DNA of 53,351 nt from a virus, in the UHGV virus genome UHGV-0304279. One strand, given 5' to 3'. The notes beneath the pieces were generated by a model, which saw only the letters and a program-made list of their open reading frames with translations, searched no databases and was not told where the DNA came from. Below, piece after piece: positions 18,805 through 27,587 of this stretch; position 1 is the stretch's first letter, and each line of letters opens with the position of its first letter. Both the position numbers and the translations under genes were made by a program.

Positions 18805-19095
18805 ATGACCGTAACAATTATGTATGGCAAATGTGATAGCAAAATAAATGCCAGGGAACGCAGAAGAATAAAAAGAGAAAACGAAAGAAAATCATCACCT
18901 GCAATCAATAAAACTGACAATGTTGATAAAGCTATTCGTTTTGCAAACGTAGAAAGATGCAAACCGAATGGCATTAAAGAGCATCGCAAAGGTGCGGCAA
19001 AATGGTATGCGGAAAACGAAAGCGGCAATTACTACCACGCAACACAACCGCGTAGTCTAGGGGAAAAACCCCTGGATAAAGTACGCTACAGATAA
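18805..19095 (+). CDS. hypothetical basic protein
   Basis: RBS AAGGAG 8 nt before ATG; first gene of the rightward operon. Confidence 0.45.
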   Translation: MTVTIMYGKCDSKINARERRRIKRENERKSSPAINKTDNVDKAIRFANVERCKPNGIKEHRKGAAKWYAENESGNYYHATQPRSLGEKPLDKVRYR

Positions 19096-19244
19096 TACAA
19101 AATGTAAACTTTCAAAGGTGACATTATGGTTGTTCAGGCGCTTCAATTCAAACTGGCTGTAGCGGAAATGCTTCACGATGCCGAAATGTGGAGCACCGCG
19201 AATAAAGCTTTATATGTAGTGTTAACAGCGAGGGAGATTAAAGG

Positions 19245-19886
19245 GTGAAAACAGAATTACATAAAAAGCTGTGGACTATTCAGCAGACGCTGAATGCGCC
19301 GAAAAGTCAGCGCAATAATTTTGGCGGTTATAATTATCGTTCGGCCGAAGATATTTTAGAGGCAGTTAAACCACTGCTTCAAAATATCACTCTGACGGTA
19401 AGTGATGAAATCGTCTTAATTGGCGAACGCTATTACGTGAAAGCTACGGCGACACTAAGTGACGGTGAGGACGCGATAGCGGTAACTGCTTACGCAAGGG
19501 AGGAAGAGAATAAGAAGGGAATGGATGCAAGCCAGCTAACAGGAGCAACATCAAGTTACGCGCGGAAATATGCTTTGAACGGTTTATTCTGCATAGACGA
19601 TGCAAAAGACGCGGATACTGATGCTTACAGTAAGCAGACAGGCCAGCAGCCTAGACAGCAGAAAAACCAGCCAAAACAACAACAGCAGAAGCAGAAAGCG
19701 CCGCCAAATCCTGATGAAGTGTTAGCGCGTTTCTGTGATGCAGCAGCGAAAGCGCCGGACGCTAACAAGTTGCGTGAAATATTCGGTAAATGCTGGAAAT
19801 TACTGCCGGAAGGATCGGAGCATCGAGTTAAAGCAAAAGATGTTTATGACATCCGGATCGCAGAGCTTAATGGGGAGATGAGCTAA
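19245..19886 (+). CDS. erf: single-strand annealing recombinase Erf (P22 Erf-like)
   Basis: Strong resemblance to P22 Erf (NAPK, Y.YRS.EDILE.VKPLL, ISDEIVLIG.RYYVKATAT, AREEENKKGMDA.Q.TGATSSYARKY.LNGLF.IDDAKDAD); GTG start with RBS GAGGGAG. Confidence 0.85.
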   Translation: MKTELHKKLWTIQQTLNAPKSQRNNFGGYNYRSAEDILEAVKPLLQNITLTVSDEIVLIGERYYVKATATLSDGEDAIAVTAYAREEENKKGMDASQLTGATSSYARKYALNGLFCIDDAKDADTDAYSKQTGQQPRQQKNQPKQQQQKQKAPPNPDEVLARFCDAAAKAPDANKLREIFGKCWKLLPEGSEHRVKAKDVYDIRIAELNGEMS

Positions 19887-20290
19887 TGAGTTTAAATTCA
19901 ATCACGCTTGGCGGGAATATCGGAAACGACATGGAAGTACGCTATACGCAAAACGGGAAGTCGATTGGTAGTTTTCCGTTAGCTGTAACGAATGGCTACG
20001 GCGATAATAAGCGGACGATGTGGATCACTTGCCTGGTATTCGGTGAGCGAGCGGAAAAATTAGCGCCGCATATCCGCAAGGGTGGAAAGATAGTGGTAAG
20101 CGGTCGCCTGGATGTTCGGCAATATGACCGGAACGATGGCACGAAGGGTACGGCGGTAGAAGTGGCGGTTAACGAATTCGAATTCATGAACGTTAACCAG
20201 CAAGGCCAGCAGCAGAAAGCGCCACCGCCGCAGCAGAATAACAACGGGAATAATCCTCCGATGGACTTTGACGACGACATCCCGTTTTGA
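19886..20290 (+). CDS. ssb: single-stranded DNA-binding protein
   Basis: OB-fold-like N-terminus, Gln/Gly-rich linker, acidic C-terminal tail DFDDDIPF. Confidence 0.9.
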   Translation: MSLNSITLGGNIGNDMEVRYTQNGKSIGSFPLAVTNGYGDNKRTMWITCLVFGERAEKLAPHIRKGGKIVVSGRLDVRQYDRNDGTKGTAVEVAVNEFEFMNVNQQGQQQKAPPPQQNNNGNNPPMDFDDDIPF

Positions 20291-20305
20291 ATCAATAGGT
20301 TAGTA

Positions 20306-20584
20306 ATGGGCGATTATTTAAAAGCGCCGCCGCCACCACGAACAAAAGAGCAAGTATTAAAAGAAGCCCGCGATCAAATCGATCGGGGGCTTTTTTTATG
20401 CGGCACGGCAGCGGAACGAATGACGAAAAGATTTAGTGACCTGTACGCGAAGCAAATCTGGTTTGACAACTGGCGAGCGAGTTCTTACCCGCTACAGAAA
20501 ACTGATGATATGCAGTGGCCTGAATATGTTGATCCACGAATGCGCAAATATCGCGGGCGTATGGGCCAGGTTATTAACGATTAA
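20306..20584 (+). CDS. hypothetical protein
   Basis: ORF in operon context. Confidence 0.4.
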   Translation: MGDYLKAPPPPRTKEQVLKEARDQIDRGLFLCGTAAERMTKRFSDLYAKQIWFDNWRASSYPLQKTDDMQWPEYVDPRMRKYRGRMGQVIND

Positions 20585-20596
20585 TGAGGTATTACC

Positions 20597-20848
20597 ATGA
20601 CAGCTACAACATTAAGCGAAAATAACGGGCGCGGTTTTCAGGGGACTGCGGAAACCTCAGACGATGGTGATGTATTTGTCGAATTCGGTGGCGGTAACTA
20701 TGAATTCGAAACGTCGGCGGGCTGGCACGATAAATGGCCTTTCCCGACGCGCAAGGAATTAAGCGATCGAAAAACATTTGGCGAAGATGCCGAACGCCTG
20801 GCGAATAATAAATGGATGGATAAATTTATTGCGGAGGCTGAAAAATGA
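20597..20848 (+). CDS. hypothetical protein
   Basis: ORF in operon context. Confidence 0.4.
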   Translation: MTATTLSENNGRGFQGTAETSDDGDVFVEFGGGNYEFETSAGWHDKWPFPTRKELSDRKTFGEDAERLANNKWMDKFIAEAEK

Positions 20849-20958
20849 GTTTTGCAAAAATTGCAGCATTGGCTGCGGCGGTGGCGATCGCGGCGCTATA
20901 TCTTAGCTTATCGCTTTATATTACGGTGGCGATCATCAAGCTGATTACAACTATGTGA
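20845..20958 (+). CDS. small hydrophobic peptide (37 aa)
   Basis: ATGA overlap with the upstream stop; MSFAKIAALAAAVAIAALYLSLSLYITVAIIKLITTM; below the ORF track size cutoff. Confidence 0.35.
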   Translation: MSFAKIAALAAAVAIAALYLSLSLYITVAIIKLITTM

Positions 20959-20965
20959 GGCAATC

Positions 20966-21088
20966 ATGAGAGTCAGTAAGGATATTGTGACGGTCGCGTT
21001 TTGCGTTATTTGTTTCCTGTTTGCGGTTGTGTTTTGTGGCGCACTTGCGGCGGTGATTAGCTTTATTGGTAAGGGGGTGATGTTATGA
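20966..21088 (+). CDS. small hydrophobic peptide (40 aa)
   Basis: MRVSKDIVTVAFCVICFLFAVVFCGALAAVISFIGKGVML; stop overlaps the next start. Confidence 0.35.
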   Translation: MRVSKDIVTVAFCVICFLFAVVFCGALAAVISFIGKGVML

Positions 21089-21357
21089 CTCTGTGGGATG
21101 CAAAAGAAGGTGATCTCGTTGTCTTGCCAGCATATCGTAGTGATCTCGGGCTGGTCGTACTGAATAAAACATGTAGCGACATTCAACGCCCGATCCTGGT
21201 TAGATACTTAGACGGCACGATGATCGAACCGCGTTTCTTCGACAAAGTTGAACTGAAGGCCCGCAATGTTCGCGTTAAGCCTTTCCGGGCTTATGTTGAA
21301 AATCACTGGCGTAAATTGTTCGCCGGACTGAATGGGATGTTTGGCGTATGGCTATAA
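21085..21357 (+). CDS. hypothetical protein
   Basis: ORF in operon context. Confidence 0.4.
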   Translation: MTLWDAKEGDLVVLPAYRSDLGLVVLNKTCSDIQRPILVRYLDGTMIEPRFFDKVELKARNVRVKPFRAYVENHWRKLFAGLNGMFGVWL

Positions 21358-21539
21358 AATTAGTGAAGGTTAAACACCTGAAAGGCGGTGAAAAATTAAT
21401 GTCATGGTGGGGACATGAATTTATTGCTACTGCCTTTCATTTCGGCCCGGGTGGTCAAGTAACAATATTTGATGAAGATTACGACGAGGTGGGGCAATGG
21501 CATCTTGAGCAATATGTCGAGGTGTTAAATGAAAATTAA
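21348..21539 (+). CDS. hypothetical protein
   Basis: ORF in operon context. Confidence 0.35.
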   Translation: MAIKLVKVKHLKGGEKLMSWWGHEFIATAFHFGPGGQVTIFDEDYDEVGQWHLEQYVEVLNEN

Positions 21540-21861
21540 ATTCCACAAAGCGTATGACGCTAATACAAACAAGCTATCACTATTTATCGAATTCGAACGC
21601 CGGATCGTGGTAGCGCCCTGGTCGCGCCGCTTCAATGACGCTGGCGGGCGGCGAAAATTCGCAGTTGATATGCTGTTACGCGGCTGCGGCCTTATGCGCC
21701 CGCTATCTGACTTAAAACGAATGATGCCGGGGTCATTCGGTCAGATTGATGAAATAGAAATAAGCCCGGAAGAACTGAAACGGGAGCGTGATTTATTCCT
21801 TTCAAGCGAAGGAAACCCGTTTAATTCAGAAACTGAAATGAAATGGCATCATCCACTATAA
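21529..21861 (+). CDS. hypothetical protein
   Basis: ORF in operon context. Confidence 0.4.
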   Translation: MKIKFHKAYDANTNKLSLFIEFERRIVVAPWSRRFNDAGGRRKFAVDMLLRGCGLMRPLSDLKRMMPGSFGQIDEIEISPEELKRERDLFLSSEGNPFNSETEMKWHHPL

Positions 21862-21872
21862 GGGTAAATATT

Positions 21873-22493
21873 ATGAACAATATCAAAACGGCTTATTCAC
21901 TCGGCAGCGAAGGCATGTTAATTACTCGCTACACAGAAGACGCGAGCTTTCACGAAGTGGTAACTAAGGACTATCACGAAGTATTAAAAGATATGAACGC
22001 AGGCGCGTATGACGGTGATTTAAACCTGGCGCTACAGGTTGTTGACATTGTGATGGATGCGTCAATCCGCGATTACGTGTCTCTAAATATGGAAGAAAAA
22101 ACATCGGTAGCGCGTTATGTGTTCTGCCTCACTTTCGTAAGACGCATGGAGGAGGAATTCGGACGTGTACCAGTGCCGGAAGAACTGGACCCGCTTGCGT
22201 ATGGTAGTGCGGTAATGGTCCCGCTGGGCGACGGGGTGATGGGTAGTGCTTCATTGCATACAATCCGTGAACTGATGCGAGATAGCCTTGAAGCTGGAGT
22301 GCTTAAGAAAGCGGTAGAAGAAGGGCGCGACGCGGAAGAAGTGAAAAAATTCATGCCTGTTATTTATGGTGATATGGTCGGCGATAATATGCGGGCTAAT
22401 GATTTTGGCGTCCAGTGTTTTCTGGCGATGCTGAATGATGCCAGAAAACGTGCACAGCCAATGCCGAAACAGGAAAAACGTGTACTACATTAA
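21873..22493 (+). CDS. hypothetical protein
   Basis: ATG 21873 with RBS AAGGG; the track ORF starts at 21843. Confidence 0.45.
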   Translation: MNNIKTAYSLGSEGMLITRYTEDASFHEVVTKDYHEVLKDMNAGAYDGDLNLALQVVDIVMDASIRDYVSLNMEEKTSVARYVFCLTFVRRMEEEFGRVPVPEELDPLAYGSAVMVPLGDGVMGSASLHTIRELMRDSLEAGVLKKAVEEGRDAEEVKKFMPVIYGDMVGDNMRANDFGVQCFLAMLNDARKRAQPMPKQEKRVLH

Positions 22494-22515
22494 CAGGGTG
22501 ATCGCGAACACATAA

Positions 22516-22555
22516 ATATACATTTTGTATTGTGGTCGCATATCCGTTTTGTAAG
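22516..22555 (+). promoter_or_regulatory. intergenic motif pair
   Basis: ATATACATTTTGTAT (22516-22530) and CCGTTTTGTAAG (22544-22555). Confidence 0.35.
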
Positions 22556-22591
22556 AAGAAATCGAAAGGTTTACGGCGCGGAGAAAACAAG

Positions 22592-22810
22592 ATGGAGCGC
22601 GAATTGATGCTCTACTGTGTAGAAGGTGGTGTAGGTCACGATGCCTACGTCGCCGGGAAAAGCTATCCAGCCGATGAAGTGCTTTTTAATATGCACTTGA
22701 GAGAAAACGAATACCAGATATCCGTGTGGAAGCGATGCGTTGATGGTGTTGAAGTTGTTAGCCTTGAAAGATATTTAGGTAAATTCGACTACGGATTAAT
22801 TGAGGCTTAA
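22592..22810 (+). CDS. hypothetical protein
   Basis: ATG 22592 with RBS GGAG. Confidence 0.4.
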   Translation: MERELMLYCVEGGVGHDAYVAGKSYPADEVLFNMHLRENEYQISVWKRCVDGVEVVSLERYLGKFDYGLIEA

Positions 22811-22812
22811 CT

Positions 22813-22905
22813 ATGGACTACACATTGCTATTTATGTGTATTTGCTGGGGGGTTATTGCTTTATGTTTATTTGTCAGATGGTTTATTGAATACCATATGA
22901 GGTGA
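22813..22905 (+). CDS. small hydrophobic peptide (30 aa)
   Basis: MDYTLLFMCICWGVIALCLFVRWFIEYHMR. Confidence 0.3.
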   Translation: MDYTLLFMCICWGVIALCLFVRWFIEYHMR

Positions 22906-22908
22906 TAT

Positions 22909-23103
22909 ATGAAACAAGTTGGAGGGTACAAGTTACCGGATAACGCAAAACTTGCAGGTATAGGTTTTAGTGGTTGTTTTTATTATAACAACATTGGTGA
23001 TATTTATATCGTTAGATATATAGATGGCGAACAACATTTTCGCAAACTGCCAGATGTTGAATTAAACAAACTTATAAGAGAGGTATCATTACATGCGGTT
23101 TAA
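22909..23103 (+). CDS. hypothetical protein
   Basis: ORF in operon context. Confidence 0.4.
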   Translation: MKQVGGYKLPDNAKLAGIGFSGCFYYNNIGDIYIVRYIDGEQHFRKLPDVELNKLIREVSLHAV

Positions 23104-23296
23104 AAATTACAGAGAATGGAAAATTCCAGCAGAAGCAACAAAGGCGGCACCTGGTGATTTTTCTGGTGTTTACTTCTATATGGATGGCAAATGGTATTTC
23201 GGCAGCAGGCCTGAACACTATTACCAGGAAATATGCAAGCCTCACGTGTGGGATATTAAGGAGCGCGTGAGAGACGGAGTAATTGAGGACGTTTAA
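23093..23296 (+). CDS. hypothetical protein
   Basis: ORF in operon context. Confidence 0.4.
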   Translation: MRFKNYREWKIPAEATKAAPGDFSGVYFYMDGKWYFGSRPEHYYQEICKPHVWDIKERVRDGVIEDV

Positions 23297-23297
23297 A

Positions 23298-23534
23298 ATG
23301 TTCAAGAGCTTTTTAAACTGGTTGGGAGCGTGGCTTTTAGCCACGCTTTTTGTTTTCCTGGCGGCAGCGGCTGTTATCGTCGTTATTATGCTGGGGGCGA
23401 TTTTTATTACGTGGTCGCTGCCTGAATTTAACGACATTGGGAATATTCTTTTTGTCGCCCGCGCTTTATTGGCGGTTAGCGCATTTGTCGGGTTTTGCTG
23501 GACTGCCGCGCCAGATTGGGATGATCCGTTTTAG
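23298..23534 (+). CDS. small membrane protein (two predicted TM helices)
   Basis: Hydrophobic segments LGAWLLATLFVFLAAAAVIVVIMLGAIFI and ARALLAVSAFVGF. Confidence 0.4.
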   Translation: MFKSFLNWLGAWLLATLFVFLAAAAVIVVIMLGAIFITWSLPEFNDIGNILFVARALLAVSAFVGFCWTAAPDWDDPF

Positions 23535-23536
23535 TT

Positions 23537-23770
23537 ATGGCTTTATTCAACCTGTCAGAGCCGCAATTTAATGCCGTTAAAACTGCCGCGCGGGCGGCGC
23601 TTTCTGCCTGCAAGACAGAGGTGGAAAGAAACGGATATAGCGATAAAGCCACGCGGCTGATACTCGACAAGCATTATCGCAAGGTCGCCCCGCTAATCAG
23701 CATTGAGCGGTTTGTGTGGTTGGTGGGGTATCTGAATAACCGCTGGGGGACGGAGCAGGATTATTTCTAA
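23537..23770 (+). CDS. hypothetical protein
   Basis: ORF in operon context. Confidence 0.4.
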   Translation: MALFNLSEPQFNAVKTAARAALSACKTEVERNGYSDKATRLILDKHYRKVAPLISIERFVWLVGYLNNRWGTEQDYF

Positions 23771-23779
23771 GGGGGCGCA

Positions 23780-24313
23780 ATGAAAAATGATTACGGCGGC
23801 AGTCATACGCCGAAAGAAATAAAAGACCTATGGCAGACGCCGAAACCTGTTTTTAGAGGAATGGATCGGGAATTCGAATTCGTCGCGGACGTGGCGGCAA
23901 ACAAGGCAAATGCATTAGTTCCGCGATATATAACCGAAGAAATGAACACGCTCCATTATCCGTGGGGAGCGGTGGCGATGCCTGGTGATTATGTCTGGAT
24001 GAATCCACCATATTCTAATCCGGGGCCATTCGTTGATAAGGCGGCGCTTGAACACCACCGAAATCATATTGGCTGTGTAATGTTATTACCCGCCGACACT
24101 TCTGTTAGCTGGTTTATGAATGGCGTGGAAACGGCAAACGAATGTCGTTTAATCACGCGCGGGCGACTGGCGTTTATCAATGCTGCGACTGGTAAGCCAG
24201 TGAGCGGGAATAACAAGGGGAGCTTGTTTCTGATCTGGCATCCACGATGCAGACATGAATGTATTTTCACGCAAATAACACGTAAAGAGCTATATGCAAG
24301 AGGTGCGGAATAA
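23780..24313 (+). CDS. phage-type DNA N6-adenine methyltransferase (Dam-like)
   Basis: Catalytic NPPY motif (VWMNPPYSN) and overall resemblance to small phage N6A methyltransferases. Confidence 0.75.
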   Translation: MKNDYGGSHTPKEIKDLWQTPKPVFRGMDREFEFVADVAANKANALVPRYITEEMNTLHYPWGAVAMPGDYVWMNPPYSNPGPFVDKAALEHHRNHIGCVMLLPADTSVSWFMNGVETANECRLITRGRLAFINAATGKPVSGNNKGSLFLIWHPRCRHECIFTQITRKELYARGAE

Positions 24314-24804
24314 TGACTAAGGCAGCAGATTTATTAAGACTTGCAGCGGAAACCATAGAACAAAGAGGTAAGCAAAACGGCTACGATAAAAAAGAGGAAA
24401 AATCAGCGCCAAAAATAGCCACTATTTACAACGCTAAGAAGGGGGCCGATTTAACCCCGCTTGATGTATGGGATCTGCTAATTTGTCTCAAGGAGGCGCG
24501 TTTAGAGGCCATTTTGAGCAATGGGACAGATCCTACTGACACGCTAGTTGATTTGATTAGCTACAGCGCACTAAAAGCGGAGCAAATACTAACGGAGCGG
24601 GAGGGAGAACAAAGAAAGAAAAAGGCTGTTTTTGATATGCCGTTAAATTGCGGCTGTAAGAATGCCTCAATACCAGGCGACTTGATCGCCAGCAGCAAGG
24701 TGACGCTAAATGGTGTCCTTTCAAAAAGGCTTGATGTGAAGTGCGATAACGAATCACTACTACGCGCGGCGGGGTATCATAAAAATGAAAAGGGTGACGA
24801 TTGA
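24313..24804 (+). CDS. hypothetical protein
   Basis: Translationally coupled (ATG overlaps the upstream stop). Confidence 0.45.
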   Translation: MTKAADLLRLAAETIEQRGKQNGYDKKEEKSAPKIATIYNAKKGADLTPLDVWDLLICLKEARLEAILSNGTDPTDTLVDLISYSALKAEQILTEREGEQRKKKAVFDMPLNCGCKNASIPGDLIASSKVTLNGVLSKRLDVKCDNESLLRAAGYHKNEKGDD

Positions 24805-25288
24805 CAGGTTATTGGCCTGCGTTTATGTCGCCGTTTTCGTGATCATTAATCTTATTGTTAGCCACTGCGGCCCGTGGGTAATTCCAGTCACCACGGTAGC
24901 CGCCGTGTGCGTCAATATGATGATCCGTGACTTCCTGTTATATGACGGCGGCCTGAAATGGTCTGCTACAACATGCGCCGCCGCTGGCGCAATCACGGTG
25001 CTGATAAACTACGATGCCGGGATGGTAGCAATCGCGTCATTCGTCGCGGTTGTTTCCGGTGCGCTTATTTCTGGCGGTGTTTACCGGATTTTACCGGGTG
25101 ATTTCGATTCAAAACGCTGGCCTGCAAATATAGCATCCGCTATTGGCGATGCGTTAATTTTCCCAACGCTATCGTTTATGGCATTCATGCCGGAAATATC
25201 AGCTATGCAATTCATCTCAAAAATGGCGGCGGTAACGGTGATCACTATCATCATGCGCCGCTACTTTACGTTCGAGGGTAGGAAATGA
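24785..25288 (+). CDS. integral membrane protein (multi-pass)
   Basis: Several hydrophobic helices; overlaps neighbours on both sides. Confidence 0.5.
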   Translation: MKRVTIDRLLACVYVAVFVIINLIVSHCGPWVIPVTTVAAVCVNMMIRDFLLYDGGLKWSATTCAAAGAITVLINYDAGMVAIASFVAVVSGALISGGVYRILPGDFDSKRWPANIASAIGDALIFPTLSFMAFMPEISAMQFISKMAAVTVITIIMRRYFTFEGRK

Positions 25289-26049
25289 GTGGGCTTAGAA
25301 ATTGGGTGGTGTGGTCGCTGTACGACGGCAGCGGATACGCCGTTAAAGATTGGGCCGACGCTGGTTATAAATGCTATTGCTTCAACTATGATGGCGCTAA
25401 TCACGGCGATTATGAAGGCGTCAAAATCATTCATCCGAACATTGAGTATGTCAACGTATGGATTGACAGCCATTTCCTGGCAATGTTCTCCCCTGAATTG
25501 TCTGTTTATCCAGATCCTGACATTATCCTGGGCTTTCCTCCGTGCGACGATCTTGCGGTGTCCGGCGCTCGCTGGTTTGCTGATAAGCGGAAAAAAGATC
25601 CTTACTTCCAGCAGAAGGCGGCATACAACGCAAAACTGGTAGAAACGCTTGCTGATATGTACCACGTCCCGTGGATGGTGGAAAATCCGGTGGGCGCACT
25701 GTCAACGTTATGGCGTAAACCGGATTTTATCTTTAATCCGTGCGCTTACGGTGGCTACCTGCCGGAAGATGATAAGCATCCAGCTTTCCCGGAATACATC
25801 GCCGACCGCGACGCCTACACGAAGAAAACTTGTATCTGGTGCGGGAATGGATTTAAGCAGCCGCTATTCCGGCCTGTACCTATGCCGGATGAATGGGAAG
25901 ACAGTAAACAGCACGCGAAGTTAGGCGGAAAGTCGAAGCGCACTAAGATGATCCGCTCACTAACGCCGCGTGGCTTCGCGCGTGCTGTATTCCTGGCTAA
26001 CGACCGGGCAATCACACGAACTACGCTTAACCGCGTTTTGCCGGACTGA
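25285..26049 (+). CDS. C5-methyltransferase-like protein (short, non-canonical PCD motif)
   Basis: Motif I-like LYDGSG, motif IV-like GFPPCDD (PCD in place of PCQ), motif VI ENV (MVENPVG). Confidence 0.5.
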   Translation: MSGLRNWVVWSLYDGSGYAVKDWADAGYKCYCFNYDGANHGDYEGVKIIHPNIEYVNVWIDSHFLAMFSPELSVYPDPDIILGFPPCDDLAVSGARWFADKRKKDPYFQQKAAYNAKLVETLADMYHVPWMVENPVGALSTLWRKPDFIFNPCAYGGYLPEDDKHPAFPEYIADRDAYTKKTCIWCGNGFKQPLFRPVPMPDEWEDSKQHAKLGGKSKRTKMIRSLTPRGFARAVFLANDRAITRTTLNRVLPD

Positions 26050-26050
26050 A

Positions 26051-26131
26051 GTTTACAAAATGGCGTCATTGTGTGATGAGGATCACATAATGGCGCTTTG
26101 CACCTTGTTTGCGTGTATCCGTTTTGTATAC
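26051..26131 (+). promoter_or_regulatory. intergenic regulatory region with motif copies and a CRP-like palindrome
   Basis: GTTTACAAAATGGC (26051-26064); TGTGA-N6-TCACA (26072-26087); CCGTTTTGTATAC (26119-26131) with -35-like TTGTTT and -10-like TATACT. Confidence 0.4.
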
Positions 26132-26208
26132 TTCAAACAAACAAAATGCTCTTTAAAAATCCGGTAACGCTGAAATGCGTAGAAATCACCTGAAAAGGAG
26201 AGAGCATT

Positions 26209-26385
26209 ATGTCTTTTGATAATTACCAATGGCATGACGACTACGAACGGGAAAGCGTCATGCGCGCAATGTGCAATGTATGCAGCACGAAGAAAGGAGA
26301 ATGTAACGAGTGCAACGAATGCGTAGATCGCTTGCTAAGGGCCGGACACGCCGAAAGGCTGAACGAAACAGAGAATCAAAAATAA
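26209..26385 (+). CDS. ninF: NinF-like small cysteine-rich protein
   Basis: 58 aa with CxxC pairs; position just upstream of ninG as in lambda; RBS AAAGGAGAG. Confidence 0.5.
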   Translation: MSFDNYQWHDDYERESVMRAMCNVCSTKKGECNECNECVDRLLRAGHAERLNETENQK

Positions 26386-26399
26386 TCGGGGTGGTTTTT

Positions 26400-27005
26400 A
26401 TGCAAAACCCTAAGAAACCAATAAGACGCCGTTGCAAATGCTGCGGCGTTTTTTTTGAGCCTAAATATCACAATCAGACGTGGTGCAGCGACGAATGTCT
26501 GGAAGAACTGAAATTTGACCAGCTATGCCGCGACCGTGAAAAGGCTATGAAGGCGATGGAACGGAAGAAACGCCGTGACAGCCAGCGTGAGGAACGCAAC
26601 CGGAAACGGAAGCAGTTAAATCCGCGTAGCTACTGGCTGAAACAGGCGCAAGCGGTATTCAATGCCTATATCCGCGAACGTGACGCGCGGTTGCCGTGTA
26701 TATCCTGCGGTACTTACTACGGTGAGCAATGCGGGTGGGATGCGGGCCACTATAGAACGGTTGCCGCCGCCGGACACCTTCGCTTCAACGAGGATAATTG
26801 TCACAAACAATGCAGGCACTGCAACCAGACACTAGACGGCAACATCGGAGGGTACCGCCCGGCGCTGATTCGAAAAATTGGCCTCGCCAGGGTGGTAGCG
26901 CTGGAGAACAACAACGATACACATAAATGGACGATTGCAGAATGTAAGGAGCTAATAGACATCTATCAGGCGAAATTGGACGCCTTAAGGAGAAAGGCAG
27001 CATGA
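26400..27005 (+). CDS. ninG: NinG (Rap) recombination endonuclease
   Basis: Strong resemblance to lambda NinG (RRRCK, W.SDEC, PRSYW.KQAQ.A.NA.IRERD..LPCISCGT, WDAGHYRT.AAA..LRFNE.N.HKQC..CNQ, RWTI.ECK). Confidence 0.8.
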   Translation: MQNPKKPIRRRCKCCGVFFEPKYHNQTWCSDECLEELKFDQLCRDREKAMKAMERKKRRDSQREERNRKRKQLNPRSYWLKQAQAVFNAYIRERDARLPCISCGTYYGEQCGWDAGHYRTVAAAGHLRFNEDNCHKQCRHCNQTLDGNIGGYRPALIRKIGLARVVALENNNDTHKWTIAECKELIDIYQAKLDALRRKAA

Positions 27006-27421
27006 ATGAATATACTTTTAGCCTGCCTTACCCGCCATCGAATAATAGATATTACCGACATTCTCGCGGTTTTCACTATATCAGCAAGGTTGGGAAAGAA
27101 TACCGGGAACAGGTAAGAGACATCATCGAGCTATTAAATTTAAACATCAATCTATCTTGCCGACTGGCAATCATCATTTGTGCTGCGCCGCCTGATAACC
27201 GAACCAGAGATCTTGATAATATCCCGAAATGCCTTTTTGACAGCCTTACTTATGCCGAATTCTGGAATGACGACGGGCAAATCGACTCAATAAAAATTGT
27301 TCGCTGCCGGAAGGTAAAAGGCGGGAGACTATTTATCAAGGTACGCGAACGCGGCGACCTGTTACCAGATATTGATGAATACTCGACTAATATGTGGGGT
27401 GACAATGAAAAACGAAATTAA
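27002..27421 (+). CDS. rusA: Holliday junction resolvase RusA
   Basis: N-terminal LPYPPSNNRYYR motif and size typical of RusA. Confidence 0.8.
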   Translation: MNEYTFSLPYPPSNNRYYRHSRGFHYISKVGKEYREQVRDIIELLNLNINLSCRLAIIICAAPPDNRTRDLDNIPKCLFDSLTYAEFWNDDGQIDSIKIVRCRKVKGGRLFIKVRERGDLLPDIDEYSTNMWGDNEKRN

Positions 27422-27587
27422 AGATCTGCAAATAGATATTCAGCGCGCCGAGCGTGATTTAGAGACAGTCAGACAAATCCAGGCTTTTCACATGCGAGAA
27501 TTACTTGCGCTGAAAGAGCTTGAAAGAAAACTGGTGCAATCAATTTCTGATCGTAAACGACTGGCGGCGCGTTACTGGAGCAAATAA
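27405..27587 (+). CDS. hypothetical coiled-coil protein
   Basis: ATG 27405 with RBS GGGGTGA. Confidence 0.4.
   Translation: MKNEIKDLQIDIQRAERDLETVRQIQAFHMRELLALKELERKLVQSISDRKRLAARYWSK

Noticed and set aside
25970-26167. Plus-strand ORF of 65 aa spanning the 26050-26170 intergenic region
   Set aside because: It overlaps the end of the upstream gene and runs through motif copies and promoter-like hexamers; the region is more plausibly regulatory DNA.
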